Below the pieces are notes generated by a model. It searched no databases, was not told the origin of the DNA, and saw only the letters and a program-made list of their open reading frames with translations. Made by a program: the position numbers and the translations under genes. 64,000 bases of DNA from Ministeria vibrans ATCC 50519 (Eukaryota > Protista > Filasterea), in assembly GCA_943704425.1 (NCBI GenBank), contig CALSCP010001656.1, positions 79,089 to 143,088 of the forward strand. The letters run 5' to 3'. Shown in pieces: positions 27,691 to 39,188 of this stretch (positions are counted from its first letter, which is position 1; every line of letters starts with the position of its first letter).

Positions 27691-27812
27691 TCAATTCGCA
27701 AAGAAAATCAGCGTGTGTGAGAGAGTGAGTGTGCGTGTGTGCGAGAGTATTAAAATAATAGTACAGAAAAATATATAAATATTATTCATTATGATTACTA
27801 CTATTCTATGTG

Positions 27813-28576
27813 TCAAATCACAGTCTCGTTGAGCGAACTGTCTTCGCTCTCAACACTGTCGTTGTCGTCGTCCCGCTCAAAAAGTTCAACTCCCTCAGCA
27901 ACGCGTACAGGAGACCGTGCCTCACGACTAGACATGAGCTCGGCCTTTGAAGTTCCATCCGTTGCCGTCTGCTCTAACTCTTCTCGCTTGGCGTGTCCTT
28001 CTGCGTCTTCCACAGATAGTCCTCCTGCTACCGCCCGCTCAATGCGTGTAGCCTCGAGGGGCTCTTCCTCAACTCGTCGATCGTGAAATTCGTCCAGCTG
28101 CGTCACAATCACAGGGCTCTTGGCGCGTTCTGTGTGCCTATCTTTCTCCTCCTCAGACTCGGTCTCGTCGTCAAATGTGAAATGCCGTCGCACCGAGTCC
28201 ATCTGTTCGCCGTCGCTGACCGGCTCTTCGTCGCTGCTGTCCGAAAAGTAGACGTTCGCAGTGACCGGCGAGACAACAGCATGGGGAGTGCTAGTAGCTC
28301 GCGCTGCGCCCCGTTCCTGTTGATCCATCGAAAGTGCGACAGTTGTTGTTTTGAGCTGGGGGCTCTTGGCAAAGGGGGAGCCGCTGTGTGATCCTTTTAC
28401 GAGTGACTTCATACTACGGGCGCCTGAGCCCCGCCCCGACGACGACGCACGAGAATGTGAAGGTGCCTGCTGAATGGCAATTGACTCGAGGGTCGGTGTT
28501 GGTGGTGTGACGCTCACTGTCGACTCGGTATTGCCACCCGACCAAATGTGACGGGGTGACAAAGCAACATCAGAAT

Positions 28577-28607
<31 letters not shown>

Positions 28608-29069
28608 CCGTTGCTGCTTGACGGCCTGTCGTTCGCTCATGAGCTTCCAAGGGAGCTTACCAACTCCACGGCGCTTGCGCTGTTCTTCATCCAAGCGTCG
28701 CTGTGCCTCTTGTCGCTCAGCGAGTGCCTGATCGAACTGCCGCACCCGCTCACGAGCTATTTCAAGGCGCACAAGACGACGAACACGCATGATAGCCAAT
28801 GCAAAGCGATCGCGAGCAACCTGCTGACGACGACTCGCCTGGAGCGCACGACGGGCTGCGTCACGGAAGGCAATTCGCACGGCATTAGGAGGCGGTAATG
28901 ATGACGACGCAGGAGATGTGTCCGAAGCCGATGTGCCCGCTCCACTCCCCTCGCCCGTTCCCTTTAGTGTGTTTACCACACCAAAAATGTCCTGCACGCG
29001 CGTCGGCACAACCACTACACACAAAAAGTTAAAAAAAATAATAATAAACGTATTATTATTATTATTATA

Positions 29070-29120
<51 letters not shown>

Positions 29121-29258
29121 TAAAAATGAGTCGTGTAAAAGTACGTTCGGATGGTTCGCCAACGGATAGATCAAGGGACTTTTTGTCTTTGCGACGAAAT
29201 CGTTTAAAGGCTCGATTGAGAACGGAGCGTGTTCGTCGTTCACTGTGGAGTAGAAGCG

Positions 29259-29291
<33 letters not shown>

Positions 29292-30062
29292 AAAAAAAAA
29301 ATACGAGATGATAAGAAGAAGTGCGAGAGAAGTGAGTGATCATAAGGGTACTCTTGAATGTCGCATGATGCCTTCATGAGAGCGTCTTCGTAGCTGCACA
29401 GACAAAATAAGACAGCGTGAGTAAGGAGAGGCGAGAGCGTTGCAGCGGACGGTACCGAGTGTAGCGGATGACTGCGTCGAGGGTGAGCAGCCATGCTTCC
29501 GCATCGTCGGCATCCTGTGCCGCAAAGTACAAGTTGGACGAATGAAAAGCGATGTGGATGACATGCCGCGCACCAAGGAGCTAAAGTAACCAAAACGAGA
29601 GTAAGTGGAAAGGTGACCAAATGGAACAAATTTGAATATTGCAATGTGAACGTACCTCATCAAACCAGCTGAGTCGAACGCAGTTGCGCAGATCGTAAAT
29701 AGACTCTAAGTCTCGCTCGGTGGCTAAACGCAACAAAATAATCATAATCATGAGTTGACTTGAGACGTTGTGTTATTAACATGATAATATATGTAATGTG
29801 TGTGTGTTCGTATATAGTATGTATATGAGTCACGACTTACAGTCACGGTAGTTAAAAAGCAGTCCAACGGAGGTCATTCGCTGTCGGCCGGCGGGAAACG
29901 AAGCGACTGGCGTGCGGTAGAAGTCGTTGACGAGTGCACTGTGAAAAGGAGATGCGCAATTGGACTAACCTGCGCATCATACGGCGTGTGCTTACCGTGG
30001 GGTGAGGTCACTTTGAAGGACCACCCAGCGTTGACGCCACTGCGAGGAGCGAGGCGCGAGAG

Positions 30063-30106
<44 letters not shown>

Positions 30107-30197
30107 GTCTGTGAGTGTGTTTTCAACATGGGCAATTGGAGACCTTTCGGCCGTTTGACGATCTTCTTCGCAAGATCTGCCTCAGATCAATGTCCAT
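27813..30197 (-). CDS. PH-domain protein with coiled coil and disordered C-terminus; multi-exon, start uncertain
   Basis: Spliced RRRSSNGRK|WRQRWVVLQ...IYDLRNCVRL...HSSNLYFAAQDADDAEAWLLTLDAVI is a PH signature, followed by a long terminal exon (27813-~28993). Confidence 0.72.
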
Positions 30198-30540
30198 AGT
30201 GGTGCCTGCAAAGAAGTTGCGGCGTCTCTAAAGAGCGGAGACGCCAGGCACGGGCTGCTTAGGGCTGGCTTGGTGGCCACTCGAACGGAGACAGAGTGTT
30301 ACGACGATTGCTCGAGAAACAGACCAAGGCAACGAGACGATTGGCGAGGCCTGCAAGGAAGGGGCGAAGGCGATCGAGAGGAAAGAGTGATAGTTAGACA
30401 GTGAGGCGTGATCACTTCAAGATCGAGTGTGTGTTTACCTTCCCAACTCGTATTTGAAATTTTTGATCTTCCACTGAGTCACCAGTGTTTTTTTTTATCT
30501 ATAGACTGATAGAGAACCGGCACACACTCGCTCAGACACG

Positions 30541-30950
30541 ATGGTAGTGGCGCAGTGTCGGCGCAAAACCGCGTCAAACTAACCATTTTCCGCTTTTTGT
30601 GTCTGTCGTCTTTTCAGGGACAAACGGAGAGTATTTTACGGGACCCAGCCATGGTCCAGCAACTACAGACAGCGACAAACTGTACGTATTGTGCCAATAG
30701 CGTTTGAAAGGGGCTTTTCGTGTTCTATTTTTCGAATATTGTGAACTTTTTTCGTTGAATGCGCTCGTTTTTCATTTTGGCGCTGCTGCCGTGCCCAGCG
30801 TCGCCGCGGTGTGTTGTGCTTTAACTGCACACCCACACGACGTGGTGGCGCTCGCCCTGGACTCTTCACCTTTCCCTTTCCCTTTTCTTTCTTTTTTTAT
30901 AATAATATTATCCGTTCGTTTCGTCTCTCTTCGCGTTTCCTCTCTCTCTC

Positions 30951-30985
<35 letters not shown>

Positions 30986-31588
30986 CACTATGCGCCTTGC
31001 GTGCGTTGCAGTCTCCGAGGACGAAATCAAGCGACTTGCGCTGCGCTTCAAGAAGCTGGACAAGGACGGGAGCGGAGCACTGTCGCCCGACGAGTTTCTG
31101 TCGTTGCCGGAACTGCAGCAGAATCCGCTTGTGAGCAGAGTAATTGCCACGTTTGACAAGGACGGCGGAGGCGACGTGGACTTCCAGGAGTTCATCCAGG
31201 GTCTCAGTGTGTTTAGTTCCAAGGGCGACAAGCTAGCCAAGCTCAAGTGTAGGACTGGGCAAGGCGCTCCTGCCGCTGTGCAACTGATTGCTTTTGTGTA
31301 GTTGCCTTTGAGGTGTACGACATTGACCGGGACGGGTGCATTAGCAACGCGGAGCTGTTTCAGGTGCTGAAGATGATGGTAGGCACCAACCTGAAGGACT
31401 CGCAGCTGCAGCAGATTGTGGACAAGACCATTCTGTACAACGATCAGGATGGCGATGGCAAGATTACCTTTGAGGAGTTTTGCGCGGTACGCTGTACTAT
31501 TAGTGGCAGTATACTTGTAACTTACTTTTCCCATATGTAGGTTGTTGGCGAGTCGAGTGTTGCCGAGAAGATGGTTGTCAAAGTCTAA
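30541..31588 (+). CDS. CNB1: Calcineurin B regulatory subunit; multi-exon with ATG-only first coding exon
   Basis: ATG|gtag...cag|GGA gives MGQTES (myristoylation Gly). [64 protein letters not shown]; four EF hands. Confidence 0.97.
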
Positions 31589-31922
31589 AAAGAGTAAACT
31601 ACAATAATTTTTGAGCAGGGCGATGATTGAAATTGAAAATTGAAAGACAAAACTTTTGGGTTCACATGCGACGAAGCAAAGAGACACCAGTGTCAAGAGC
31701 GTTATATGCCACAGGCCGAACACACATGCCTGGAAGTGTTGGGAGGGGTAGGACAACACTTACGTCTCGACTACAGCGAAAGGCAACACATCTCTAAAAT
31801 ACTGAACAATCAAGTGAATAAACACCCACCAACACACTATATATCAATGAAGTGCAAACTAATTCAAGTAAAAAGAGCTAACTAAAAAAGAAAAATTAAT
31901 AGAAGAAGAAGACATTAATTAA

Positions 31923-32033
31923 TAAGAAACATTAATAGACGGTCATTTCAAGACAATAAACAAAACAAACACAATACTTCCGCCGTAGACTTGTACACAA
32001 AAATGTCCCAAAAGAAGCCCATAGACCCACTGA
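31923..32033 (+). repeat. Direct repeat copy 1 (~100 bp); copy 2 at 36501-36615
   Basis: ATAGACGGTCATTTCAAGACAATAAAC.AAACAAACACAATAC.TCC.CCGTAGACTT...CCATAGACCCA.TGA is shared by both copies. Confidence 0.9.
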
Positions 32034-32154
32034 TACCAGATACACCCATGAGAGGAATGTAGGGAGACACCGGCAGACCCTATATACACGGCAGGAAAAA
32101 TTAATAAAATAATAAGAAGAAGAATAAGAATACAACATATAATAAGAATAAGAA

Positions 32155-32531
32155 GAAGAAGAAGAATACAACCCATTTATTAATAATAATAACAATAAGA
32201 TTATTATTATTATTATAAGTGTAATAATTTGATAATGATAGTTAAATTGGATTAAAAGTACTCAAAGAGAAGAGAATATTTGATGTTTGTTTGGAAGACT
32301 TGGTGTTTTCTGCACTCACACTGTACATTTTTGCTTCCTTCTCGCTCTGTCTCTCACATGGATAGTAATGCCCTTTTCCATTTCTTTTTTTTCTTTTCTT
32401 TCTCTCTCTATCGCAGGTATCACAGATTACTTTGTTTCTTTCTCCTCTACCATTCATTTGTTTCTGGCGGTCTGGCTGTGTCTTCGCGTGGTGACTGTAT
32501 CATTAATAAATGGGTTGTATTCTTCTTCTTC
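32155..32531. repeat. Perfect 30-bp inverted repeat pair (32155-32184 / 32502-32531)
   Basis: GAAGAAGAAGAATACAACCCATTTATTAAT and its exact reverse complement ATTAATAAATGGGTTGTATTCTTCTTCTTC. Confidence 0.85.
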
Positions 32532-32955
32532 ATTTGTTTCTGAATTTTCTTTCTCCTCTATCACTTTCTTTTTCTCTCTCTCTCTATCACATTGTTTCTT
32601 TCTCCTCTCCCTCCCTTCTCTCTCTCTCTCTCTCTCCCTCTATCTGATATCTCTCTTCCTCTCTCAGTCTCTCTCTCTCTCTCTCTTAACCCTTTGCTCC
32701 TCCGACGGACCTCCGACAGCAACCCCACCAGTTCATCCCACCAAGCAAGGCGCCCTTGCCCCGATGTCCAGCCACCTTCTCCCGTCGAGTGCGCACCAGT
32801 ACCACATTCGTACCACAAGCAAAGTGACTAGAAGCAATGGCACGGCTTGTCATCATCATTGAGTGCATGTCTGAGCTTCGTCTGAGCCTGCCTGGCCAAC
32901 CGCACTGGTGCTCGCATGGTTCTCGCCTACCAATTGCACCCGCACCTGCAATGTA

Positions 32956-33555
32956 TCACTCACGGTTGAAAGCCACTCGTATCCTAGACTCGAGAGATCG
33001 GCAGTGCCATTTGCCGGCCTCTGCCGCAACAGCGTATTGAGTCGACCCAGAAGCTCGGCCGTAGCGACTATGGACACCGCGTGACATGGAAATGACAATG
33101 CTGATGGTGGGCGTGCGATCCGCCGCAACAGTCTCGATCAGTACCTCCACCCACACCGACTGGACCCCAAGGAGTCGCTCAAGCTCACCGGTTACTGCCA
33201 GCACACATTGGTCTTGCCGCTTGCGCACTTGCATGCTGCTCGAGACGACGGGCCAGCTTGACGTGCTTCACAGCAGCACTGTTGGTGCTCGTGTCAATCT
33301 TTGAGCACAAACTGCCATTGCGACGCCGTTGCCTTCACATTGCCCGCTCGGTCCCGCACATTGACAACGCTCGTGGTTACAGTTGCACCCTCGAAAGTGT
33401 CTCAGGCAACCGCCGCCCCAAATTCAACGTGCAGCGAGTGTCCCGCTGACACCGCGTGAGGTGAGGGTCGTTTTTGAGCGGCCCACCGGCGCCACTGTTG
33501 CACGCACCTCGTACGACGAAGGCATACCGCAGTCAATGAGTTCGCATTTGTGTCT
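32956..33555 (-). pseudogene. Possible decayed coding sequence of unknown family
   Basis: GC-rich, coding-like stretch with protein-like fragments in alternating frames, interrupted by stops. No recognisable motif. Confidence 0.3.
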
Positions 33556-33702
33556 ATGCAAACAGATAATAGAGCTGTTGGGAGTCTGTGCGTGTGGGTG
33601 CGGATCTGGCAACGAGACTCCTCCACATAATCCAATTCAGTCCATTGTTCATTCAATATTATTGGGTCTACAGACACTCTAGACAGGCGCCTCAAGTTGC
33701 TT

Positions 33703-34798
33703 CTAGTTGTGCTTACGGTAGTAGCCGACGGCGTATAGAGGACATGCTTGCTGCGCATTGTACACGACGAATTCGCGGAAGCGAGCACCCAATCGAAGCG
33801 CTGGGCCGACGACAGAATGCCTCTGCGTGTGCGAACAGCTCGCCACTTGCTAGAAAGAAAGCCAACGAGTCAATGTACGGGGCCGTAAGGAGCATGTTGA
33901 GCGGTACCGTTGGATCACACTTCGTGTCTTCGCATTGTGGGCGAAGCAGTCCACTTCGATACCTGGCTTCAAATGCCGGTACGCCAACTGTCACCCGCAC
34001 AAGCAGAACCCACTTGAGCTTTTCTTCGCTCCAGCGCGGTGCCACATACTGGTTTGACTTACTCGGACTCTCTGCGAAGTAAGCTGCTGCACCAAAAGCG
34101 CTTTTGGGATTTGCGAAGTCTGGATCAAACCCGTGTGCGCAGATACTTCGCATCGCCTGTCGCGATCCACAGCCGTGGAACAGCAGCAGCTCACCAGGCA
34201 TGAATTCTGCGAATCCATCGGCAAACGGCATTGTATGCACAGCGCTGGCACCGACAGGTCGATTGTGTGAGTCGTTGAGAATCTCCGTACGCTGTTCAGC
34301 GTACGCCGCTCTCGCTGGCGCGTTCTCCACGCGGAACACGTTAACGATATCAAAGTGCTCAAACACCTCGTCGTCGCCGTCCCAGTGCTGAACGCCGTGG
34401 TGTTGTGATTGCTTCGTCTTGTGAAAGAGGCGGCGTATGCGTTCAACTTCACTCGAGTCCAGCGCCAGCGGAATAAGGCACTTTCTGCAAAGGTACGCAG
34501 TCCATAGCCTCGTTGACACAGAATGAAAGACAACAAGTCCTAGGAGTGCCCAGTACCAGTACTTGAGAGCGGCAGAGACCAGGGCAGGATAGTACACGTC
34601 GGCGATCACCTGCGCGAATTCATACAACTTCACAAACGGGAAGAGAATAATTGGATCGATGCCGCGAAATTGGAGCCATTGAGAGGCGCCATATAGAAAT
34701 ATCCCAGAGTTCAGGAGTAGTACAACCAAAATGATGCCAACGACAAGTATTGTGAAAAGCACGTCGCAATACATCGGAACACGGTTCATGTACACCAT
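33703..34798 (-). CDS. Membrane-anchored PARP-family ADP-ribosyltransferase (H-Y-E); one intron 33850-33907
   Basis: N-terminal hydrophobic helices, then LLFHG, FGAAAYFAESPSKSNQY, LLVRVTVG. Removing a 58-nt phase-0 GT-AG intron restores HSVVG...RFREFVVYNAQQACPLYAVGY*. Confidence 0.9.
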
Positions 34799-35100
34799 GG
34801 TGTTCAATGATGACGACGGTGAGGTTGGAAACCACAAGTCGACAACGAACGCAGCGAAAACAAGATATGAGTAAGAGTGATCAGTGATTCTCGTCCCTGA
34901 GTCGCCCCTGAATCCTTGTTGGTCGAGTGACGAGTGAAAAAAATAAATTGAAATAACATAATTGAAACGAGTAGTGTTAAAACCCGTCAGACATAAAAAA
35001 CGGATTTAACGGTCACTTTTATTCTTACTTCAGCTTTTTTTCGGAGCCGCCAACGTTAGTGACGCTGCTGAGGACACCTAAGTCACCTAACTTATCACGG

Positions 35101-35442
35101 ATGACGGTCTACACTCAGTTGGTGGAGTTGGCAAAGAGAATCCTCATCGTCTATGGAGTCTTTGTCCTCGTAATATCGTTGCCGTGGACTCTCTACAGCT
35201 CTCTCGGCATGTTCGCCACATATATACAATCCACGGGTCCAACTCCAGGCCGTGAGGCGTTTCGAGTTTTTCGTAACGCGATGGAAGACGGCCCTGGCGC
35301 TCTTCTGCCAGGCATCCACGTAATATTCGACCTTCTCGAGCCAGTATTCTTCGCGGTCTTTGGCTCGCTATATCCAGTCCATGGCATGCTACTCATTGTA
35401 TTTGTTACATGGCTGTTTTATGTTGTGTATTTTGCGCTATAA
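35101..35442 (+). CDS. Small intronless orphan membrane protein (113 aa)
   Basis: Clean ATG-to-stop ORF with 2-3 hydrophobic helices, followed by an AT-rich 3' region. Confidence 0.6.
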   Translation: MTVYTQLVELAKRILIVYGVFVLVISLPWTLYSSLGMFATYIQSTGPTPGREAFRVFRNAMEDGPGALLPGIHVIFDLLEPVFFAVFGSLYPVHGMLLIVFVTWLFYVVYFAL

Positions 35443-35864
35443 AGACGTATTTCTTCGTAAGAAATAAGAATAAGTATTATTATTATTAATTATCCGCGTT
35501 TTTCTGAAATTGGAATCAGCCAATCTACTGCTGCCCTTGGGGACTTGGGAGACTGCCAGACTGGGCTGTCTCATGTCTAGGAGTAGGCGTTGGAAGACCA
35601 AATTGATATTTTGATCTGAAACGGGTCTGGGTCTTCAACACTTTTTTCGTCGCTAATTCCCGAGTTTTTTTTTGTTCTTTTCACCAATTTCTTCATTTTC
35701 TTGTGTTTGCTTGATTGATTGCCGATTGGGGGCTAGTGCGTTTTCCAGAGGCGGTTTTCTAAGGAAGCTTTTTATCCCTTCTTCGGCACGACAAATCACA
35801 AATGCCACCGCAGCAAAGCCCGCCATTGTTCGGCCCAGGGAGCGCACTTGGGCGCCTTACTGCC

Positions 35865-36215
35865 ATGTTTTGGACAACAACCGTTGGACGGGTCTGCGCG
35901 TGGATGTATTCAACGCGAATTGGCTGGCTCTTCACACGACTCGTGCTGGCTCAAGTCAAGATTTACATTGCGTGCATGCTCATGCTGCCCTATCTCTTTA
36001 TGCTATTGATCATGAGCACTAGAGACCCTGATCTCGTTGTGCAAGGGGCCCAAGCAGTGGCTGGAAGTGTGAGGGGGAAAGTGGAAGCAGTGCTGGAATG
36101 GTGCATACGCGACGTGCTCATCGCCGTTGGAATCTACGTCTTGGTTGCTATCGTGTACGTAAATTATCACGTCTTCAACCTTGCCAACGAACAAGGGGTT
36201 GAACCAGAGTTGTAA
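35865..36215 (+). CDS. Small intronless orphan membrane protein (~116 aa; upstream ATG at 35802 possible)
   Basis: ORF with two hydrophobic helices (IYIACMLMLPYLFMLLIM; VLIAVGIYVLVAIVYV). Confidence 0.6.
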   Translation: MFWTTTVGRVCAWMYSTRIGWLFTRLVLAQVKIYIACMLMLPYLFMLLIMSTRDPDLVVQGAQAVAGSVRGKVEAVLEWCIRDVLIAVGIYVLVAIVYVNYHVFNLANEQGVEPEL

Positions 36216-36500
36216 TTAAACAGAAATTAAAAAAGCGACAACACAAGTAGCTTTCTAAGCTACGGAAGAGCGGAGACATGTTGGTTCCATGTTAGTGATG
36301 TTGGCTGATGGCCAAACAAGTGCCAGCAATGGGTGGCACAGACTGGCACTAGGTAGTAGGTGGGAGGAGCAAGCTCCAGCACCTTTGTGGGAGCCTGGGA
36401 GGGTGGAGGGGGGAGGGGGGGGGGNNNNNNNNNNGGGGGGGGTGGGGGGGCACGTAGTGGTGCACACCCGATATTCTGATTGTTCCGAGGGCGTCGTATA

Positions 36501-36615
36501 TAAGAAACGTAATTATATAGACGGTCATTTCAAGACAATAAACGAAACAAACACAATACCTCCACCGTAGACTTCTTGACGAACATGTTCCAAAAGCATC
36601 CCATAGACCCAGTGA
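36501..36615 (+). repeat. Direct repeat copy 2 (~100 bp); copy 1 at 31923-32033
   Basis: Alignable by eye to copy 1, with scattered substitutions. Confidence 0.9.
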
Positions 36616-36956
36616 GATTTAAAACACAATTCAGAGAGTCTGTTAAGTGTTAGAATCACGGTTAGAATCAGAATCTAAGTAGTCTGACTTGGGATAATAG
36701 TCTTCGTTCACTTCACATAGTCGTCACTCGACACTCAACTCTCGACACTTGTAATTCGTAAAAAGACTCGTTAGAACTTGGAAGGGTGAAGGGACAAGGG
36801 TTGTGACTCGTGGGGAAGAGGAGAGTGGTACTGAAGAGAAAATTGAAGAGGACAGAAATGCGATTTTTTGAATTGTCAGTAATCAGTTGATTTGCACTCT
36901 GCACCGCTGCTCCCTCTAGGGACGTAACTGTCAACCTCCGCGTAGCCGGTGCAACC

Positions 36957-38980
36957 ATGTCCTTCAGCAGCGAATCCCCCGAAAAACTGCCGACCGTCGA
37001 AGATATTCTGGCGAGTATTCGAGACTCAACGGCACTGTGGCCGGAGCTGATGAGGCTAGGGAACCAGTATTGTGATGCCATTCAAGGTGTGTATGTGTGT
37101 GTGTGAGAGAGAGTGGGTGTGTGTGACTTGACAATTGAGTTGAGTTGGTCTTTTTTTTTTTTTTTTTTTTGCGCTCTTGTGTGGGTTGTCGCTCTTCTCC
37201 GAAGTTGCGGAGCATCTTCAGTGGGGACTGGGGCGTCTTGTGACGCCGTCCGCAGCCGTGGACAAGTGTCCCTGAGCGGTCTTTGGTGTTTTTGTGCGGT
37301 TGGTCGACTCTCAAGCAATCGGCTTGACACCAACCCCTTGGCGTTGCGTATGGGGAGTTTGCTGTGGTTTGGGTTTGGAAGGAATTGAAGGGGAAGGTCC
37401 CTGCGAAAAGGGAATTTCGTGCCAGACAAGTTTATCGTCTTGGTTTTTTTTTTTTTATCTCTGTGACTGAGTGGCAATGTTTTGCATTGCAGTGACCAAC
37501 GATGCGTCGACGGCATTTGCCAAGGGACTGCGTGCAGCCGCACGAAGAGCGTCTCCCCTTGCCTGTGGCGACATTGTGAAGGAAATCGACAGTATTGCGA
37601 CCGTCTTTGAGCGGTTCGCCGGCAACATGGCCAAGTTCCAAAGTGTACGGACGGACGCAAAGGACCGTCTCGAGTCACCATCTGACGCGTGTTCTTTTGT
37701 AGGTGTTCTTGACGCAACTGATTGCGCCATTGCAAGCGACCATGGACGAGGAGCCACAGGTGCTGGGCAAGTGGGAGAAGGAGTATCAGAAGGACATGGA
37801 GAAGATGACGACGTCGCTGAAGAAGGCGGAGGAGAAGAGCAAGTCGACGGGAAAGCGCGAAGGGGACGGTTCGACGGAAGCCCTGAAAGAGAGCATTGCG
37901 AAGTTGGCACGAAAGGTGAAGGAGATGGAGCAGGAGAAGCAAGTGAAGCTGCAGGAGATTCTGGTGATTGAGCGATGCAAGTACTGCTTCTTGCTTGGCC
38001 AAGTGTGTGAGGTGTTACGCATCAAGCAGAAGGTACACGAGGTAGCGGGCAGCTGGTTCAAGAAGGGTCTGCAACGGTGGGACAAGGTGGCAGAGATTCG
38101 TCGGCAACTACCGCCAGCAACCATGACGCGCTTCGTTGTCAAAGAGCGCACGTTGCGCGAGATCCGACACGAAGACGCCCGAGGCGAATCGCACGCCGAA
38201 TCGCTGTACAGCACGCGCAAGGGCACAGCATTGATTGAGGAGACCAATCCAATTGGCGGCGGCCATCATCCTCATCACCAGCAGCAGCAACAACAACATC
38301 GTGCGGGCGGTGAGATTGCGGGGCGTTTTGATATGCCAGACAGTATGCGTCCGCCCGCGCACTCTCAGGCGCCCACAATGCATCAAAAACACACTCACGA
38401 GGCGTACCGCCAAGAACAGCAGCAACCCGTAGTGGCACAGAAACCCTACCGTGGTCCGCCAGGCAGCAACGCCGTGCCCATGCCAGGCCGTGCCGAACTG
38501 CAGCAGGCGCCCCAGCCGCCCATGTCGACCCGCAGTGTCGTCATGTCTCCTTCCTCTGGCATGCCACCGCCTGCACTCCCACCTGCTCGCCATACGCACG
38601 TTACTCACGCTGGTGGTCAACAGGTGCGACCCACGCCTTCTCCGCACACACCTGGCAACCGTCGCACCGGTGTGGGTGCACCCCCCGTTGCACAGCCGCC
38701 CTCCGATCGTCATTATGTCATTGCTCTTTATAACAACTCTGCCGAGGACCCCCAGGAACTTTCATTTCGCAAGGTAAGCCCAGCAACGAAGCGCAGACAC
38801 CCGCCGAAATATCTGCTTTGTTTATTAATGTGTGTGTGTGTGTTTTTTTTCATTTTTTTTTCATGTCAGGGTGACATGATTGAAGTGACAAAAGTAATCA
38901 ACGACGAATGGTGGGTCGGCTTTTGCGATGGTCGTGCTGGGTTGTTTCCGTCGAACTATGTTACCGAAAGAAACCATTGA
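36957..38980 (+). CDS. I-BAR (IMD) + proline-rich + SH3 protein (IRSp53/IBARa-like); multi-exon
   Basis: Helical N-terminus with QLIAPL, WEKEYQK and IERCKYCFLL (IMD-like). C-terminal SH3 IALYNNSAEDPQELSFRK|GDMIEV...EWWVG...GLFPSNYV. Confidence 0.85.
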
Positions 38981-39188
38981 TTTTTGTTGATTGTGACATG
39001 ACAGGTTCTCTTTACTTATCATTTTAAACTAGAATTATGGAATCTGTAAATGATTGTTTAGTGTTACCTCTAGTCGTTGCATCGTTTCGCTTCATTTATC
39101 TCCTTCACGTTTGCCAACTTCTAGTCAACCTTTTCGTTTCACTCATCTTATATTTATTGAGTTTCATTCATTTTTGTTTTTTTTTGAC

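Noticed and set aside
32690-36420. Inverted terminal repeats suggested by SSHLLPS appearing in opposite-strand ORFs at ~32770 and ~36360
   Set aside because: Nucleotide similarity is too weak and short to support by eye.
37270-37415. TPP riboswitch (CTGAG ... CCTGCG..AGGGA similarity)
   Set aside because: It lacks the conserved CUGAGA spacing and the UAAU loop, and the host gene is unrelated to thiamine.
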